Both the position numbers and the translations under genes were made by a program. From a bacterium (lineage in GTDB: Bacteria > Chloroflexota > Anaerolineae > Aggregatilineales > Phototrophicaceae), in NCBI GenBank assembly GCA_033762735.1, contig JANRLJ010000084.1:61158-93157 (forward strand): a stretch of 32,000 bases of DNA. Direction: 5' to 3'. Below the pieces are notes generated by a model. The model saw nothing but the letters and a program-made list of their open reading frames with translations. It did no database searches and was not told the origin of the DNA. Of the stretch, positions 10,064-18,394 are shown piece after piece (the first letter of the stretch is position 1; every line of letters starts with the position of its first letter).

Positions 10064-10707
10064 ACGCGCTCCAGAATGAGGACAAACTCGACAAAATAGG
10101 CTTCGGTCAGCGGCTCGGACGGTGATCCGGTCACACCCTGCGGTGCGTCCTGTGCTGCGACAAGCGGCGGTGTCGGCGTCGGCACCGCCCGCAGCGCAAT
10201 CGACTGAACCGTCACCCGCGCGAACAGGCCACAGGTCTTGAGCGCATCCGCATACGCGGTGACAACTGCTTCGTCGCTGGCCTGACCATTGAGCGTGATG
10301 CGATTTTCCGCCTGAGCAATGCTGTGCAGTGTCAGTAACGCCGGATCATAATTCGAGATGTGCTGCATGGCGGTCGGCCAGTCCAGATGATCGGCGGCCA
10401 GTTCGGTCTGCACAGGCTGCAAGCCGACGATCTGTTCCTGAATGGCGACCAGCGTTGAGGAAAGTGCCTGTTCCTGGTCGGAAGGCGGCAGTGTCACCAG
10501 CAGTTGTTCTTCCATCTGCGCCATTTCGGCCTCTAGCGGCATGTTCAGGTCACGGATGGTCATGGAGACGATATTGAGCGCGGCGAACACCATGACCAGG
10601 CTGAGCGCGACAATCCAGATAATCCACCTTCCAAACCCGCCCTGACGCGGCGCAACGGGGATACTCACGTCTTGTTCTTCTGGAAAAGCAGGGTTTATTG
10701 GCTGCAT
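10060..10707 (-). CDS. PilN-like fimbrial assembly protein
   Basis: Short cytoplasmic N-terminus (MQPINPAFP), one TM (WIIWIVALSLVMVFAALNIV) and a coiled coil. PilN-type C-terminus: LTLHSIAQAENRITLNGQASDEAVVTAYADALKTCGLFARVTVQSI. SD aaggaaag lies upstream. Confidence 0.6.
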   Translation of the reverse strand: MQPINPAFPEEQDVSIPVAPRQGGFGRWIIWIVALSLVMVFAALNIVSMTIRDLNMPLEAEMAQMEEQLLVTLPPSDQEQALSSTLVAIQEQIVGLQPVQTELAADHLDWPTAMQHISNYDPALLTLHSIAQAENRITLNGQASDEAVVTAYADALKTCGLFARVTVQSIALRAVPTPTPPLVAAQDAPQGVTGSPSEPLTEAYFVEFVLILERV

Positions 10708-10722
10708 CGAGAGCTTTCCTTA

Positions 10723-11358
10723 TCACAGAGTCAAAAACGGATTGAAGACCAGCGCGATCATCGCTCCCAGGCAGAGGCACGGCGCATAGGGAAAGGTGAT
10801 CGAGCGCGACCGATGGCGCAGCAGCAGTCCCACCGCCAGCACACCGCCCATCCCCACACCGACAATCAGCGCCCACAGCACACCGGGAAATCCGAGCATC
10901 AGGCCGATCAGCAGCGCCAGCTTCACGTCGCCCATGCCCAGCCCGCCGGGTGAGATGAAGGCCGCGCCCATGAAGATCGTCAGGGCAAACCCACCGCCGA
11001 CCAGCACAAACAGGATCGGATGACCGAGCAGCACATGCGCCGTGAGCGTCAGCAGCAGCGCGGGGTAGATCATCAGGTTGAGCACCAGACGATAGCGCAG
11101 GTCGATCAGCGTGATAAGCAGGAAGAACATAAACAGCCCGGCCAGCAGAGCGAACTGTGCGGTTAACCCGTAAGCAGTAAACAGCAGGCCAAAGCTGGCC
11201 GCACCTGCAAGCATCACCGCATACAGCGGGATTACAACCCCCTGAACCGGTTCATCATACTGGTCGGTCGGCAGCAGCTTCCACTGTGGCAGCCGTTCAG
11301 TCACAAGCGCCGTCAAAGTGCCGCAAACTGCACCAAGCGCCGTTATCAGCACGATCAT
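10723..11358 (-). CDS. A24-family prepilin/prearchaellin peptidase (PibD/ArlK/TadV-like; no methyltransferase domain)
   Basis: Polytopic membrane protein carrying both aspartate motifs: LITLIDLRYRLV and GGLGMGDVKLALLIG (GxGDxK). Its ATG overlaps the upstream stop (ATGA at 11355-11358). Confidence 0.85.
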   Translation of the reverse strand: MIVLITALGAVCGTLTALVTERLPQWKLLPTDQYDEPVQGVVIPLYAVMLAGAASFGLLFTAYGLTAQFALLAGLFMFFLLITLIDLRYRLVLNLMIYPALLLTLTAHVLLGHPILFVLVGGGFALTIFMGAAFISPGGLGMGDVKLALLIGLMLGFPGVLWALIVGVGMGGVLAVGLLLRHRSRSITFPYAPCLCLGAMIALVFNPFLTL

Positions 11359-11885
11359 GCCTGCGCCTTTCCACCGAACGCGGCAGCGGTTTTGCTACAG
11401 AGAGCGGCCAGGTCGTGAATGTCGATCTGCGGCAGATCGCGGATCAGCACCGCCCGCTTTTCAGCATTATTGTCTTCGACAAACACACTCAGCAGATCGA
11501 GCATCGACTCCGACGCTGGCTTTGCGTCGGTCGTCGTTTCAGTCGACGTGACCGGGGTTGATGCGGCCTCTGGTTGGGCACTTGGGGCAGCGGACGCGGA
11601 CGTGCTTGCAGGCGCAGCGGAGGGACTCGTCGTTGTTGAGGCAGCCTTGGATGATGTATCGCGCAGTGTTATCACTGGTTCACTTTCTTCCAGCACTTCG
11701 CGTTCGGCCATTTCCCGTGCTGCCTGCTCCGCCGTTTCCTGCATTCTTCGCACAGCACGACGGGCGCGTATGGCTTTGAACATCGACAGCACACCAAGCA
11801 GCAGCGCCAGCAGCAGCAGCAGCCCCGCGCCGCCCAGCGTCAGCAGGACGAGCCTTTGATTGAGGAGTGCTTCAATCAGTGACAT
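11355..11885 (-). CDS. Single-pass membrane protein with a coiled coil and a Ser/Thr/Ala/Pro-rich linker; function unknown (ArlX-like topology only)
   Basis: TM helix LVLLTLGGAGLLLLLALLLGVL, a charged helix RRMQETAEQAAREMAEREVLEE, then a low-complexity region. It sits inside the operon, 25 nt after arlJ. I recognise no diagnostic motif. Confidence 0.5.
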   Translation of the reverse strand: MSLIEALLNQRLVLLTLGGAGLLLLLALLLGVLSMFKAIRARRAVRRMQETAEQAAREMAEREVLEESEPVITLRDTSSKAASTTTSPSAAPASTSASAAPSAQPEAASTPVTSTETTTDAKPASESMLDLLSVFVEDNNAEKRAVLIRDLPQIDIHDLAALCSKTAAAFGGKAQA

Positions 11886-11910
11886 GCGATTGCCTCTCGT
11901 ATGCGCCCGC

Positions 11911-13398
11911 TTAGAGCGTCAGAATTCCAGCCACCATCGGCGGCACGACCAGGAAGGAAATACCCGAAATGAACACCGTCAGCGCCAGATAGAACGCCAT
12001 CTTGACCCTGAAGCCGCCATCACACACGATAATGGCTGCCGCGCTGACCAGCGCCAGCAGCAGGATCATGCCTACGGTGATGGTGTGCAGAAATTGCAGA
12101 TCAGCGGCGGAAAACTCGGCCATGCCCAGGCTCATGTTGACCTGCCCGTTGGCGGCCTCCGTGTTCTGTGGCATCAGCGTGGCGACCAGCGCGGCGAAGT
12201 TGTTGATGATAGACAATACGAACACCATCAGTCCGGCGACCACGGCCTGCATGACGGTCGTCAGACCCGAAAATGTCCCGGCGGTCAGGCGGCGTTTGGC
12301 ACGGAGCTGAGTGGTTTTAGCGGCGAACAGCGAACACAGATAGCCCACGCGCTCCGGGTCACCACCGATTTTGACCGCGCCGTAGAAGATGTCGGTCACG
12401 GCGCTGATGAGCTTGCTGCCTGTGTCCTCCCCGAACTTGCGCCAGCACACCTCCGGCTCGACCAGCGCCTGCAAACGCTTGCTCAGGCGGTCGATGTCCG
12501 GTGCTAACGCCGGGAAGGAGGTTAAATCCATGCGGGTGAGCGCCTGCTTAAGCGTCGTCCCGGTCGAATTTGCCATACCGCCGACCGAACGCAGAAAGGT
12601 ACTGAACTCGGCATCGCGTTTAATGCGCTTCTTCTCGCTTGCCAGCGCGGCAATCCCGATGGGCAGCAGCAGCACCGCCACCCACATCAGCAGCCAACCC
12701 AGCGGCACACCCAGCAAATTCATCAGGGCGGCGCTGGCGAAGCATACCGGGATGAGCGTGCGAAACAACCGCATTGCCCGCTGCTGTTCAGGCGAGCCAT
12801 GAGATGGTTTGTTGGTCATTTTTTCACGCGGGGCGGAACGGTAAATAATCCAGGCCCCCATCACCGCCATCATGAAGCCCGTCATCACCAGACCGCCCAT
12901 GACCGTCACATCCATCGAATAAATCATGGAAGAGATCATCTGAATAATGACGATCAGCGCGACCGAGATCACAATCGAGGAAAAGGCATTCGACCACTGC
13001 TTCATCGCTTCCAGATCGCGCTCGTAGCGGTTTTCGTAGTCCTCGGCCTGTACCTCCGCCTCACGCGCCAAAAAATCCGCCAGCGGCTCGCCAGAGCGCA
13101 GCGCATCCGACAGGCGCAGCAGGAAGCTTTTCATGTTTTCTGATTTCGCCTTGCTCCCCACGCGGCGGCAGGCTTCGGGATAGTCATAGCGGAACTCATC
13201 CACCAGCGTGTTCACAGCAGCGAAATAGACCGCCGCGCCAGACGATGACTGTGCCGCGATCTGAAAAATCTTCCCCCGTGACAACCCGGCGGAGGCCATC
13301 GCGGAGAGATACGTCATCTGGTAGAACATATCGAAGGGCGAGACTGGCTTAAAGGAGTTTTTGTCTTCGCGCTTCGGCGAGGACGCCAAAGAGTTCAT
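11911..13398 (-). CDS. arlJ: Archaellum polytopic membrane platform protein ArlJ (FlaJ; T2SS-F/TadBC-like)
   Basis: 495 aa with many TM helices, the two-half architecture typical of FlaJ/TadBC, and a position directly after arlI. The start is uncertain. Start 13398 overlaps arlI by 50 nt. The alternative ATG at 13329 (MFYQMTYLSAMASAG) leaves a 19-nt gap. Confidence 0.8.
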   Translation of the reverse strand: MNSLASSPKREDKNSFKPVSPFDMFYQMTYLSAMASAGLSRGKIFQIAAQSSSGAAVYFAAVNTLVDEFRYDYPEACRRVGSKAKSENMKSFLLRLSDALRSGEPLADFLAREAEVQAEDYENRYERDLEAMKQWSNAFSSIVISVALIVIIQMISSMIYSMDVTVMGGLVMTGFMMAVMGAWIIYRSAPREKMTNKPSHGSPEQQRAMRLFRTLIPVCFASAALMNLLGVPLGWLLMWVAVLLLPIGIAALASEKKRIKRDAEFSTFLRSVGGMANSTGTTLKQALTRMDLTSFPALAPDIDRLSKRLQALVEPEVCWRKFGEDTGSKLISAVTDIFYGAVKIGGDPERVGYLCSLFAAKTTQLRAKRRLTAGTFSGLTTVMQAVVAGLMVFVLSIINNFAALVATLMPQNTEAANGQVNMSLGMAEFSAADLQFLHTITVGMILLLALVSAAAIIVCDGGFRVKMAFYLALTVFISGISFLVVPPMVAGILTL

Positions 13399-15043
13399 GA
13401 AAGTCCGTTACCCCTTTCTCTTTATGCAGCTTTTCCAGAATTTTGGCGCGGCGCTTCACCTCGTCGTAGATGTCCTTGCGACGATGCGGCGGGATCCCGC
13501 GCTTGATGGCGATGATCTGCTCCAGCAGGTAGCTGTTCATGTAACCGGGGAACTCAAACGTGTCGTTGGCCGGGTTCCAGCGGAAGGCCTCCAGGAACGA
13601 AAAGCTCTCCGTCAACGGGTCATAGCCGATGATTTCGTTGATGCTCAGCACACGACGCGCCGAACGGCCATCCGCCAGGCGCACGGCTGACTGAATCACC
13701 GCCAGGTTCAGATTGTCGATATAGGTCTTGGGGATGTTGATCGGATCGCCCGTGAGACGCTGGATGAGCTTTTCGACCGATGCCGCGTGAAAGGTGGACA
13801 TCACGCCGTGCCCGGTCTGCATTGCCTGGAACGCGACGACGGCTTCCATACTGCGGATTTCACCGACGATAATCATTTCAGGGCGCTGGCGCAGCGCGGC
13901 TTTGAGCAGTTCAAACATGCCTACGTCGCTGCCCTTCTTCTCTCCCCCGCCGTGCCGCGTGGATTCCTGCACCCAGTTCTTGTGCGGCACCTGCACTTCA
14001 GGCGTGTCCTCAATGGTCACGATTTTCGCATCAGGGCGGATAAAGGTGGTGATGGCGTTGAGCAGCGTGGTCTTGCCGGAAGCGGTCGCGCCCACCACAA
14101 AGCAGTTCATCCCGGCTTCCAGCATCAGCGAGAGATAGGCCGCCATCGTATAGTTGAGGCTGCCGAACTCGATCAGTTCGAGCACACTGGTTGGTGTGCC
14201 GGAAAACTTACGAATAGTGAAGTTGCTGCCTCGCTTGCTGATCTCCCGCCCATACACGATGTTGATACGCGAACCATCGGGCAGCACCGCATCCACCAGC
14301 GGATTGCGCACCGTCACCGGGCTTTTGATCCACTCCCCCAGCCACACGGCGAATTCGTCCACGTCGTCATAATCGACAAATTCAATGGACGACTGCACAC
14401 TCTTAAAAATCTTGTGTTCGATGAAGATATGGCCGACGCCGCTGCAACTGATGTCTTCGATATAGGGATCAAGCAGCAGCGGTTGCAGCACGCCCAGACC
14501 AATCTTGTCGCGCAGTACGCGATATCGAACCGCTTCAAGCTCACCCGGCGAGACATACACCAGCGGTTTGCGGAAGTTAATCGTCGCGTTTTTGTCCGTC
14601 GTGCAGATCGTATCCAGCAGATTAAGCAGCAGTGCCCGCTTTTCTTCCTTGTCTTCCACACGCCCGATTTGCTCAGCATAGATCACCAGCCGTTCCTCAA
14701 TCTGCGGCATCAGGTGGTCGATGTTGACGACCGAGGTCGGTTCAATCGGGATGTAATGATCGCGGGCGCCGGTAAAATCCGGGTAGATGTGGACGAACAG
14801 GCCTTCCTTGATCGGATAGATCAGGTTTTTCACGGGCAGATCGCTCAGGCTGCGCGCCACCTTCGGATAAAAGGCGGGTATGCCGATCTCGTCAATAGGA
14901 AGCCGCTGCACATAAGCGGCCAGGAAGGACGACTCTGCACAGGCCTTTTGCAGCGCTTCGGAAAGCTGGGGTTGCAGGCGTGCCCAGGCTTCACGGCTGG
15001 GCTGGAGGGCCTGACCATCAAACGGAAGTGTCGTTCTCGCCAT
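13349..15043 (-). CDS. arlI: Archaellum motor ATPase ArlI (FlaI; secretion ATPase superfamily)
   Basis: Walker A VVGATASGKTTLLNA, Asp box IVTIEDTPEV, Walker B RQRPEMIIVGEIR and His box GHGVMSTFHA. The N-terminal region DISCSGVGHIFIEH is typical of FlaI/VirB11-type ATPases. Confidence 0.9.
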   Translation of the reverse strand: MARTTLPFDGQALQPSREAWARLQPQLSEALQKACAESSFLAAYVQRLPIDEIGIPAFYPKVARSLSDLPVKNLIYPIKEGLFVHIYPDFTGARDHYIPIEPTSVVNIDHLMPQIEERLVIYAEQIGRVEDKEEKRALLLNLLDTICTTDKNATINFRKPLVYVSPGELEAVRYRVLRDKIGLGVLQPLLLDPYIEDISCSGVGHIFIEHKIFKSVQSSIEFVDYDDVDEFAVWLGEWIKSPVTVRNPLVDAVLPDGSRINIVYGREISKRGSNFTIRKFSGTPTSVLELIEFGSLNYTMAAYLSLMLEAGMNCFVVGATASGKTTLLNAITTFIRPDAKIVTIEDTPEVQVPHKNWVQESTRHGGGEKKGSDVGMFELLKAALRQRPEMIIVGEIRSMEAVVAFQAMQTGHGVMSTFHAASVEKLIQRLTGDPINIPKTYIDNLNLAVIQSAVRLADGRSARRVLSINEIIGYDPLTESFSFLEAFRWNPANDTFEFPGYMNSYLLEQIIAIKRGIPPHRRKDIYDEVKRRAKILEKLHKEKGVTDFHELFGVLAEARRQKLL

Positions 15044-15053
15044 AGGACTTTGC

Positions 15054-15764
15054 TTAACCTCGTGCCTTACTAATGGGGATCACACGCATCCCCCAGCCCG
15101 GTTCCACTTCAAAACCGACAATCGCGCCTGTCACGCTGCCCGCACCGCGCACCTTTGCCACTTCCAGCGTTTTGACGAGCCGCTGCCCATCCTGCTCTGA
15201 ACGCAGTTTTAAGTGCGCGTCACACATCGACCGCAGCGGCGCGATCAGTTCCTCGTCAAACGCCTTCGGATGCAGCGTGAGGATCACCGTCTGCCCGGTG
15301 GCGCAAAGCTGCTTGCACTGCTCGAAGAAGCTCAGGATTTGCCAGTCGGCGGATTTTTTCCCGGTCGCGGCGGTGAATGAGTCCACGATAATGACATCAC
15401 GATCCGGGTGCTGTTTAAGTGCATCGATGAGCGCGAACGGTGCTTTGTCTCCCAGCCGCGCCAGTGCCATGGGGTACACGCGCAGCTTGCGCAGCAGCAG
15501 AAAATCAAGCACATCCAGGTCGATGCTCTCCATCTGGCTCAGCAGGCTTTTGACCGTGTTCTCGCTGGTGAAGACGGCAGCGCTGAAGCCCTCCCGCAGC
15601 GCCCCGCTCAGGATTTGCTGGGAAAGGACAGACTTGCCTGCGCCGGAGGTGCCTTCGATCAGCGTCAGCGACCCGGCAGGCAGACCGCCGCCCATTTTGC
15701 TGTCCAGTTCGACGTTACCAGAGGAAATCGTCCGTTTTTTCGGACTATCAGGTGCGTTCTTCAT
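15054..15764 (-). CDS. arlH: KaiC/RecA-like ATP-binding protein ArlH (FlaH)
   Basis: 236 aa. Motifs VELDSKMGGGLPAGSLTLIEGTSGAGKSVLSQQ (Walker A) and DVIIVDSF (Walker B-like). It lies immediately upstream of arlI, as in archaeal arl operons. Confidence 0.8.
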   Translation of the reverse strand: MKNAPDSPKKRTISSGNVELDSKMGGGLPAGSLTLIEGTSGAGKSVLSQQILSGALREGFSAAVFTSENTVKSLLSQMESIDLDVLDFLLLRKLRVYPMALARLGDKAPFALIDALKQHPDRDVIIVDSFTAATGKKSADWQILSFFEQCKQLCATGQTVILTLHPKAFDEELIAPLRSMCDAHLKLRSEQDGQRLVKTLEVAKVRGAGSVTGAIVGFEVEPGWGMRVIPISKARG

Positions 15765-15788
15765 TGCGTCGGTCGCTTTCTTCGGCTG

Positions 15789-16925
15789 TCAGGGCATCGC
15801 CAGGTAGAACGTGAACGGGCCAATCGTCGCTTCGCCATCCGTGATGGTGAACTGGAAGCTGTCCAGGCCTGCCGCCAGACGGCTGTAGCCGACGGCGCCC
15901 GCGTCCAGATCAGCCTGGGTAAAGGTCGTCCCCGGCGTAAGCGTACCCAGGGTTGGCCCGCTGATGATGGTGTAGACCAGTTCGGCAGGCAGGTTATCCA
16001 CATCGGTTGCGGTCAGCGCCGCCGCCGGGATGCTCCCGCTGGCGCCTTCGGGCACAGTGATGATGGAATTGGTCGCCAGCACAGGCGCAGCGTTGGTCGT
16101 CATGATGGTAAAGGTATAGAGGCCGATCACGTCCTCGCCGTCGCTTACCTGGAACACGAAGCTGTCATTACCGTCGCCGGTGTGCGTGTATTCCAGCGCA
16201 TCCTCGTCGATCTGTGTCTGTGTGAACGTCGTCGGCAGGTTGAGTTCACCCTGTTCCGGCGGTGTCATCACGGTGAAAACCAGGTCTTCCGGCAGGTCAT
16301 CCAGATCAACGGCCTGCAAATGCGTAACGAGAATGTCAGCAGACGTGCGGCTTTCCAGCGTCAGCCCGGTATTGACCACCAGCACAGGCGGGACGTTGCG
16401 TATGGCCTGGACGGACACACCCGCGCCGTTGCCCGCAATCACCAGCGCGAGCAGGGTTTGACCATGCCCCACACCTGGCGCGACCTGAATTTGAATCACG
16501 ATTTCCTCGCCGGGATTGAGGATGCCGTTCTCAAACACTTCCGGCTGCGCTTTGGCCGCGTCCTGATAAATCCCGCTGACCTTCCAGGTATTGTCGAGCG
16601 CGCCGCCCCTATTGATGGGCACCCAGCGCACATGATATTCCGCGGCGTCCTGGGTATAGTACTGGACGATGATGTCCCACTGGTCGAAATTCACCAGTCG
16701 GTTTTCGCCCGTGTTGCGATAGGTCACCTCTGCCACCGTCCCACCGCCTGCGATGCGGGCGGCAACGGGCGTAAGGCTGGTGCGGCTTTGGTCATCAAGA
16801 CGGCTTTCCATCGTCTGCCATGCTTCCTGCACTTCGTTCTGAGCCTCGAAGAAGCGCGTCGTCAGCGTGAACGTCGCCAGCAGGAACAGGAGCAGAACAA
16901 CCAGACCAGACAGCACAGAGTCCAT
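15789..16925 (-). CDS. ArlF/ArlG-family protein (N-terminal TM plus beta-sandwich) with two C-terminal cadherin-like repeats
   Basis: N-terminus MDSVLSGLVVLLLFLLATFTL. The first 170 aa or so resemble FlaF/FlaG-type proteins. Residues about 177-376 are two units of about 95 aa sharing N-x-P/A-PVL...D-x-D-x-LP-x-x-LV-F/Y-T...TFTQ...D...DSF-x-F...DGE...IG...TF. Confidence 0.6.
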   Translation of the reverse strand: MDSVLSGLVVLLLFLLATFTLTTRFFEAQNEVQEAWQTMESRLDDQSRTSLTPVAARIAGGGTVAEVTYRNTGENRLVNFDQWDIIVQYYTQDAAEYHVRWVPINRGGALDNTWKVSGIYQDAAKAQPEVFENGILNPGEEIVIQIQVAPGVGHGQTLLALVIAGNGAGVSVQAIRNVPPVLVVNTGLTLESRTSADILVTHLQAVDLDDLPEDLVFTVMTPPEQGELNLPTTFTQTQIDEDALEYTHTGDGNDSFVFQVSDGEDVIGLYTFTIMTTNAAPVLATNSIITVPEGASGSIPAAALTATDVDNLPAELVYTIISGPTLGTLTPGTTFTQADLDAGAVGYSRLAAGLDSFQFTITDGEATIGPFTFYLAMP

Positions 16926-16928
16926 CGC

Positions 16929-17441
16929 TTACAGCCCCATAAAGGTTTCGTCTTCGACCCCGCTGGGAGTCACGACTTTGGCGAAGTAGCGCCCGCTGGT
17001 CAGGGGCAGCGAAAAACGGATGGTAATGCGCAGAGTGGCGGTCGGCGTCCATTCTGCTGCGTTTTCCACGGTCCATGTCCACGAAGGCAGGCTGCCGTTC
17101 GCAGCGCTTTCGTGCGGAATTCGCGCGAAATTGCCTTCCGGCCCAAAGAACACATCGAGCTGATCGACAGCGGTGATGCGGCTGTCGCCGATGTTCTTTA
17201 CCCATAAAAGGACATCAAACTGACCGTTGCCGTTGGTATCCTGCCACCAACCGGCGCTGTCCAGTTCACCCGTCGCGTGAATCAGGCGAATCTGCGTGCG
17301 CATCTGATCCTGGGTGCGCCCGGCCATGCTGGTGATGGCATCACCGCCCTCGACCACCGCCGGATAGGCAACGTTAAAAAGCATCACCGCCAGGATCATG
17401 CTGATGACAATGAGGAGCGCTGTGGTGATCGCTTTATCCAT
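16929..17441 (-). CDS. ArlF/ArlG-family protein (small; uncleaved archaellin-like N-terminal helix)
   Basis: I prefer ATG 17441 (MDKAITTALLIVISMILAVMLFNVAYPAV). It is preceded by ggaga and overlaps the upstream stop by 8 nt; the track start is 17483. The beta-rich remainder contains VLLWVKNIGDSRI. Synteny places it between the arlCDE-like gene and arlH. Confidence 0.6.
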   Translation of the reverse strand: MDKAITTALLIVISMILAVMLFNVAYPAVVEGGDAITSMAGRTQDQMRTQIRLIHATGELDSAGWWQDTNGNGQFDVLLWVKNIGDSRITAVDQLDVFFGPEGNFARIPHESAANGSLPSWTWTVENAAEWTPTATLRITIRFSLPLTSGRYFAKVVTPSGVEDETFMGL

Positions 17442-18234
17442 TGCGCTTTCTCCACTGGACACCGGCGCTGGCGTTGTGGACACCCGCGATCAACCGCAGC
17501 ACCATCTGGGAGCGCCCTTCAACCTTTTCCACTTCGGCAGTGGTGCGGGCAGGGGTTTTAGGAGTGGGCTTCTGTGGCGCGGGTGTGATCTGCACCGGAA
17601 CAGCGGCCCCTGACTTCTTCGCAGTTGGTTGTTCAGGGGCAGTCTTCGTCCTGGCGCTGACGACCGCCGTCTCGCGGCTGTCCCGCTCGGCAATCACTTC
17701 CTCATAAGTGGCAACCAGACGCAGAAGATCATCGCGCACCTTGCGGTTAAAGCGGCCTTCCTCGGCGTAGCGCCTGATAAGTTCACGTGTGCGCCTGGCA
17801 CCAATCCGCCCCACCTGTTCGCTCGCCCACCCTTCCAGCGCGGCCAGTGTCGTCCAATCGACTTCCTTCGAGGCAGGCGCAGCGCTTGATTTGCGAGCGG
17901 TTTTGGGCGCGGCAGGCGTGGGGGCAAGGCTGGTTTCCTCCTGCCAGCCTGTGCCGAGCTGGTCAACGCTCGTCACTTTTCTGACACTGGGCAGCGGTGC
18001 TTCGGGTGCGGGGTTGCTGGCCGCAGTCGCTTCCACTGGAGTGGTCGTGAAGGAGACGACGGACGGGCGATGCTGCGGAGCCGGATCGTCGGGATTGTCG
18101 CTGTTGCTCGTGCGCAGGGTGGGATGCGCACCGTTGAGCAGTTGTTCCTGAATATCGAGCAGGCTGGCTTGAATCTGCCCTTTCAGGATTTGGATTTCTT
18201 CTTCCAGTACCTTAACGCGCTGTTCGAGATCCAT
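17434..18234 (-). CDS. Coiled-coil protein, possibly ArlC/D/E-like archaellum accessory protein
   Basis: N-terminal coiled coil MDLEQRVKVLEEEIQILKGQIQASLLDIQEQL, then Pro/Ala/Thr-rich linkers. The segment VDWTTLAALEGWASEQVGRIGARRTRELIRRYAEEGRFNRKVRDDLLRL resembles, from memory, the FlaD/E-domain pattern (W..fL...vG..g....L.yY...G.i...v...L). It occupies the arlCDE/arlX position right after arlB. Coding status is more certain than the family call. Confidence 0.45.
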   Translation of the reverse strand: MDLEQRVKVLEEEIQILKGQIQASLLDIQEQLLNGAHPTLRTSNSDNPDDPAPQHRPSVVSFTTTPVEATAASNPAPEAPLPSVRKVTSVDQLGTGWQEETSLAPTPAAPKTARKSSAAPASKEVDWTTLAALEGWASEQVGRIGARRTRELIRRYAEEGRFNRKVRDDLLRLVATYEEVIAERDSRETAVVSARTKTAPEQPTAKKSGAAVPVQITPAPQKPTPKTPARTTAEVEKVEGRSQMVLRLIAGVHNASAGVQWRKRNG

Positions 18235-18329
18235 AACGCACCTGAGAGTGTTTCGCTTGTCGTACTGTCGGGAGATTGAAAGGTATTTTTGATGCGCTTT
18301 TGAAAATTAATTTTTTATAGTTTGAGGCC

Positions 18330-18358
18330 GGGGCGGCACTTTTTTGAAGAACCGCCCC
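18330..18358 (-). other. Stem-loop just downstream of the archaellin stop codon
   Basis: ggggcgg / ccgcccc 7-bp GC stem with a 15-nt loop, 37 nt after the arlB stop. No U tract follows on the minus strand, so I do not call it a canonical terminator. Confidence 0.3.
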
Positions 18359-18394
18359 TCCTTGCCAGACGAATTCGCTGTACAGACCGGGAGA

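Noticed and set aside
13349-13398. The 50-nt arlI/arlJ overlap as a programmed frameshift or fusion signal.
   Set aside because: It is more simply explained by an over-extended arlJ start call, since the alternative ATG at 13329 leaves a 19-nt gap. I see no slippery heptamer.
18330-18358. GC stem-loop after arlB as a rho-independent terminator.
   Set aside because: No U tract follows on the transcribed (minus) strand. I kept it only as a possible RNA stability or processing element at low confidence.
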